A DNA stretch of 64,000 nucleotides. It comes from Gammaproteobacteria bacterium (lineage in GTDB: Bacteria > Pseudomonadota > Gammaproteobacteria > GCA-001735895). The position numbers and the translations under genes are program-made. The notes under the pieces are model-generated. The model saw only the letters and a list, made by a program, of their open reading frames with translations. It was not told the origin of the DNA and did no database searches. Below are positions 62,359 to 64,000 of the stretch, piece after piece; within the stretch, counting starts at the first letter, position 1, and every line of letters begins with the position of its first letter. The stretch is from assembly GCA_050298595.1 (NCBI GenBank), contig JBNKUM010000062.1, positions 42,048-106,047 on the forward strand, given 5' to 3'.

Positions 62359-63708
62359 ATGATGAGTTTGAGAATTACTGCCCGTCACTTTTGTTTAGTT
62401 TCAGCCTGCACATTAATATTGCCCACGGCTTCTGCCCAGTCCCAATTGATTCCACGTATTGAAATCAATCAGGAGTTTATTGAGAACAAAACTCCTGGTG
62501 TCGATGAATCAGGCTCTGTAACCCGGTTATCACCTGGTATTCAATATATCGCTGAAGGGGGGATAAACTCACTCTTAATTGATTATTCGCTGGATGCAAT
62601 TAGCTCGAGCGGCCTGTCCCAGGATGATGAGATTAATCATAATTTAAGATTGCGCGACAGTATCACCCATATTCCTGGCCTCTGGACCACTGATGTGACT
62701 GGTAATATCAGCCAGGCCAATATCAGTGCCGATGGTATACAGAATCTTAACCCTAATATCACTACAGACAATACACGTGAATTAAGGACTTTAGGTGTTA
62801 ACACAGCTCTTAATGGGCGTGTGTCGGAAACAACCTGGTTTCAAACCTCTCTGGGTGCTGATTACGCAGATTATGATGATAGCGAGGATAGTGAAGGATA
62901 TAATGCCAGGTTTTCACTAGATAATTCCAGAGCACGTAAACCTTTCAGTTGGCAATTCGAAATAGATAGCAGGCTTTCACAAACTGATACTGAAGAACAA
63001 AAAATCGATACTGCTCATATCAATCTGGATTACCGGGTTAATAATCGAGTAAGCACATTTCTGGATGTGACAGGCACTGATACTAACAATGATCAACTGA
63101 ATGAAACCGAAACGCTACTAGGCTTAAACTGGACACCAGGAAGGAATACCTCACTTCGCATCGCTGCCGGAAAAAGAGGGGATGAAGACAGTTACTTACT
63201 GGATGCCTCACATAAAAACCGCAGGATGACATTAACTGCAAACTATGAAGAAACAGTTACCACTAGCAGAGAAGCAACATTGTCATCAATGTCCTCCGAT
63301 CCAACCTTTTCAGGTACAACACAATCAATCTCAATCATCCCTGTGCTGGAAAAAAGGTCAACACTCAGTATGTTACTGACAGGCAAACGAAGTAATTTAA
63401 CCTTCACAATTTTTCAGACTGAACGTGATCAGCGCAATGCAACTAAGATTGAAAAAACAAATGGGGCAAAGTTAGGTTTCAACCGAAAACTGTCTACCCG
63501 CTCTTCTATTGACCTGATTCTGTTGTCTCAAAAAAGCAAAACCACACAAGACAATGATTTGACTGATATAGAAGTCAGTTACAACAAATCTTTATCCAAA
63601 AATAGTGTCTATAAAATTACCATTAGGAAAACGAGACAGGACTCTTCCGATTCTGCCAATGAGTATGAACAGGCGGTTCTGGGAGCGCTATTTACTAAAT
63701 CATTCTGA
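62359..63708 (+). CDS. PEP-CTERM system-associated outer membrane beta-barrel protein
   Basis: Signal peptide, amphipathic beta-strands, W.PG..T, terminal Phe; usual position after the tyrosine kinase. Confidence 0.75.
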   Translation: MMSLRITARHFCLVSACTLILPTASAQSQLIPRIEINQEFIENKTPGVDESGSVTRLSPGIQYIAEGGINSLLIDYSLDAISSSGLSQDDEINHNLRLRDSITHIPGLWTTDVTGNISQANISADGIQNLNPNITTDNTRELRTLGVNTALNGRVSETTWFQTSLGADYADYDDSEDSEGYNARFSLDNSRARKPFSWQFEIDSRLSQTDTEEQKIDTAHINLDYRVNNRVSTFLDVTGTDTNNDQLNETETLLGLNWTPGRNTSLRIAAGKRGDEDSYLLDASHKNRRMTLTANYEETVTTSREATLSSMSSDPTFSGTTQSISIIPVLEKRSTLSMLLTGKRSNLTFTIFQTERDQRNATKIEKTNGAKLGFNRKLSTRSSIDLILLSQKSKTTQDNDLTDIEVSYNKSLSKNSVYKITIRKTRQDSSDSANEYEQAVLGALFTKSF

Positions 63709-63796
63709 CCCCTCATTTATTTTCTACCCTAGTAAATGCTATTTGTTTTTACTCAATTTTTATAGAGAAATCTTACTGTGCTTCTGGGGAATGATT

Positions 63797-64000
63797 TTAC
63801 CTTGCATCACTTGTTCCCCTCCAGAGCTTAGGTCGCTCTGTTCCAACCCATGAGGGTGGGTGATTGTTTCCACTTTTGTCTGATACGTCACTTGGAGCAG
63901 GATCCAAATTAAGATACCAAGGAAGGCGTATATCTCCTGGAGAAGCGATTTCCTTCTTAATTTCTTCCAACGTCAATGCTGCATCGTAAAATTGGAAACC
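63797..64000 (-). CDS. C-terminal fragment of a probable secreted LamG-like protein (5' end outside window)
   Basis: Manual translation: GFQFYDAALTLEEIKKEIASPGDIRLPWYLNLDPAPSDVSDKSGNNHPPSWVGTERPKLW...stop. Confidence 0.55.
   Translation of the reverse strand, partial: GFQFYDAALTLEEIKKEIASPGDIRLPWYLNLDPAPSDVSDKSGNNHPPSWVGTERPKLWRGTSDAR

Overview
Chromosomal window from a Gammaproteobacterium that is probably a sulfur oxidizer: it has a type I SQR, two sulfur-globule-like proteins and a rhodanese. Left part is core: aspC (partial), uvrB, sqr, tRNA-Val, thrS-infC-rpmI-rplT-pheST-ihfA-merR-like, tRNA-Pro. An accessory block follows: asnB-like amidotransferase with a GT4, a PP2C / Ser-Thr kinase / small membrane protein operon, an outer-membrane protein, and YggX / ATP-grasp / HesB. 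Next is nrdR-ribD-(proteasome-like Ntn hydrolase)-ribE-ribBX-ribH-nusB-thiL-pgpA, then gltX, an ~11 kb patchwork (adenylate cyclase-FHA, ClC, zapE, secreted nuclease, sulfur globule proteins, rhodanese, epimerase) and tRNA-Ala/Glu. The right part is a gspC-N type II secretion operon with an embedded rhombosortase, followed directly by a PEP-CTERM/XrtA-type exopolysaccharide locus (prsK, prsR, wza, wzz, tyrosine kinase, OM barrel). No integrase, transposase, CRISPR array or rRNA was seen. Main oddities: a RibBX in which both domains look catalytically degenerate, in an operon that also carries a Ser1 proteasome-like protein; a non-RD kinase/phosphatase operon with a distant cyclase-FHA and CRP-like boxes before the EPS genes; a HesB / ATP-grasp / YggX module; FNR boxes at sqr and sgp; and a probably membrane-anchored SgpA-like protein. 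All family assignments come from motif recognition, not database searches.
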